Origin: Fibrobacter succinogenes subsp. succinogenes S85
GTDB lineage: Bacteria; Fibrobacterota; Fibrobacteria; Fibrobacterales; Fibrobacteraceae
Length of the DNA stretch: 32,000 nucleotides
Assembly (NCBI RefSeq): GCF_000146505.1
Contig: NC_017448.1
Location: forward strand, 990,001-1,022,000
Direction of reading: 5' to 3'
Shown here: in pieces, positions 31,591 through 32,000 of the stretch
Layout: the number at the start of each line of letters is the position of its first letter
How positions within the stretch are numbered: position 1 is the first letter of the stretch
Translations under genes and position numbers: made by a program
Notes under the pieces: generated by a model
The model's database searches: none
Told to the model about the DNA's origin: nothing
The model's input: only the letters and a program-made list of their open reading frames with translations

Positions 31591-32000
31591 AAAATGGTTC
31601 CTTATTCGTTGGAGGTGATCGTGAAGTCTTTTTAAAATACCATTTTTTGTTAGGAATGGGAGTAGTGGGGATCACACCGCTATGGATTCTTTTTTGTCAA
31701 AAAATCCAATAATTTGACAAATCAGGAATGGGATAAAGCAAATAAAATTCGCCAAATTTACGAGAAAACAGCTATAATGCATTATTATTTGACAAATAGT
31801 TAAAACGGCTGTATTCGGAAATAAATGATTCAGCCCCTGTCATTTCCAAACCATTTTTTAAGGAAATACGGAAAATGTTTAGATATTCCGAATTTGGTTG
31901 AAAAGTTTTTAAAGAAACGACTACAAATTTTAATATTTGTAGTTGTTTTATACAGATAAATTTTGTTAGGGATAGTGACCACGGTGTAGCGGAGACTTGC

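Noticed and set aside
1-32000. Search for mobile elements, prophage genes, toxin-antitoxin pairs, reverse transcriptases, restriction-modification or other classic defence-island content
   Set aside because: No ORF shows transposase, integrase, RT, nuclease-ATPase or methyltransferase (DNA) signatures, and I saw no terminal inverted repeats flanking a block. The only compositional outliers are the single gene at 19008-20027 and the AT-rich spacers.

Overview
This 32 kb window looks like ordinary bacterial chromosome, about 50% GC. I saw no rRNA or tRNA genes, no CRISPR array, and no transposase, integrase or phage genes. It mixes two kinds of genes. The housekeeping set is fusA, mazG, dprA, ftsB, rpsF-rpsR-rplI, trpS, rnd, a 5-formyl-THF cyclo-ligase, rlmB, cysK and rubrerythrin, plus an RND efflux pair. 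The accessory set is secreted or cell-surface genes: the end of a GH8-like hydrolase, a 945-aa MBG-repeat adhesin-like protein, a CotH-family protein, a PL14-like lyase, an outer-membrane-barrel-like protein and several lipoproteins. A TIGR02147-type protein, four secreted proteins that share a T9SS-like basic C-terminal tail, and weak Shine-Dalgarno usage suggest a Fibrobacter-like (FCB group) genome. That attribution is inference only. The candidates I rank highest for undescribed biology are: (i) a terminator-bracketed three-gene unit at 836-2183, made of two tandem small paralogs plus an orphan EcsC-like protein; (ii) a translationally coupled pair of DUF5683-like envelope paralogs at 11306-13524; (iii) an overlapping TIGR02147 HTH-like / Cys-rich lipoprotein cassette at 27311-29459, followed by an intrinsic terminator whose U-tract abuts the cysK start codon; (iv) a dispersed hairpin family (ATNCCCGN ... 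NCGGGNAT-GACAA) with four copies; and (v) a structured 228-nt non-coding stretch downstream of mazG. All family names come from motif recognition by eye, since no searches could be run. Coordinates I derived by hand (hairpins, promoters, alternative starts) may be off by 1-2 nt.
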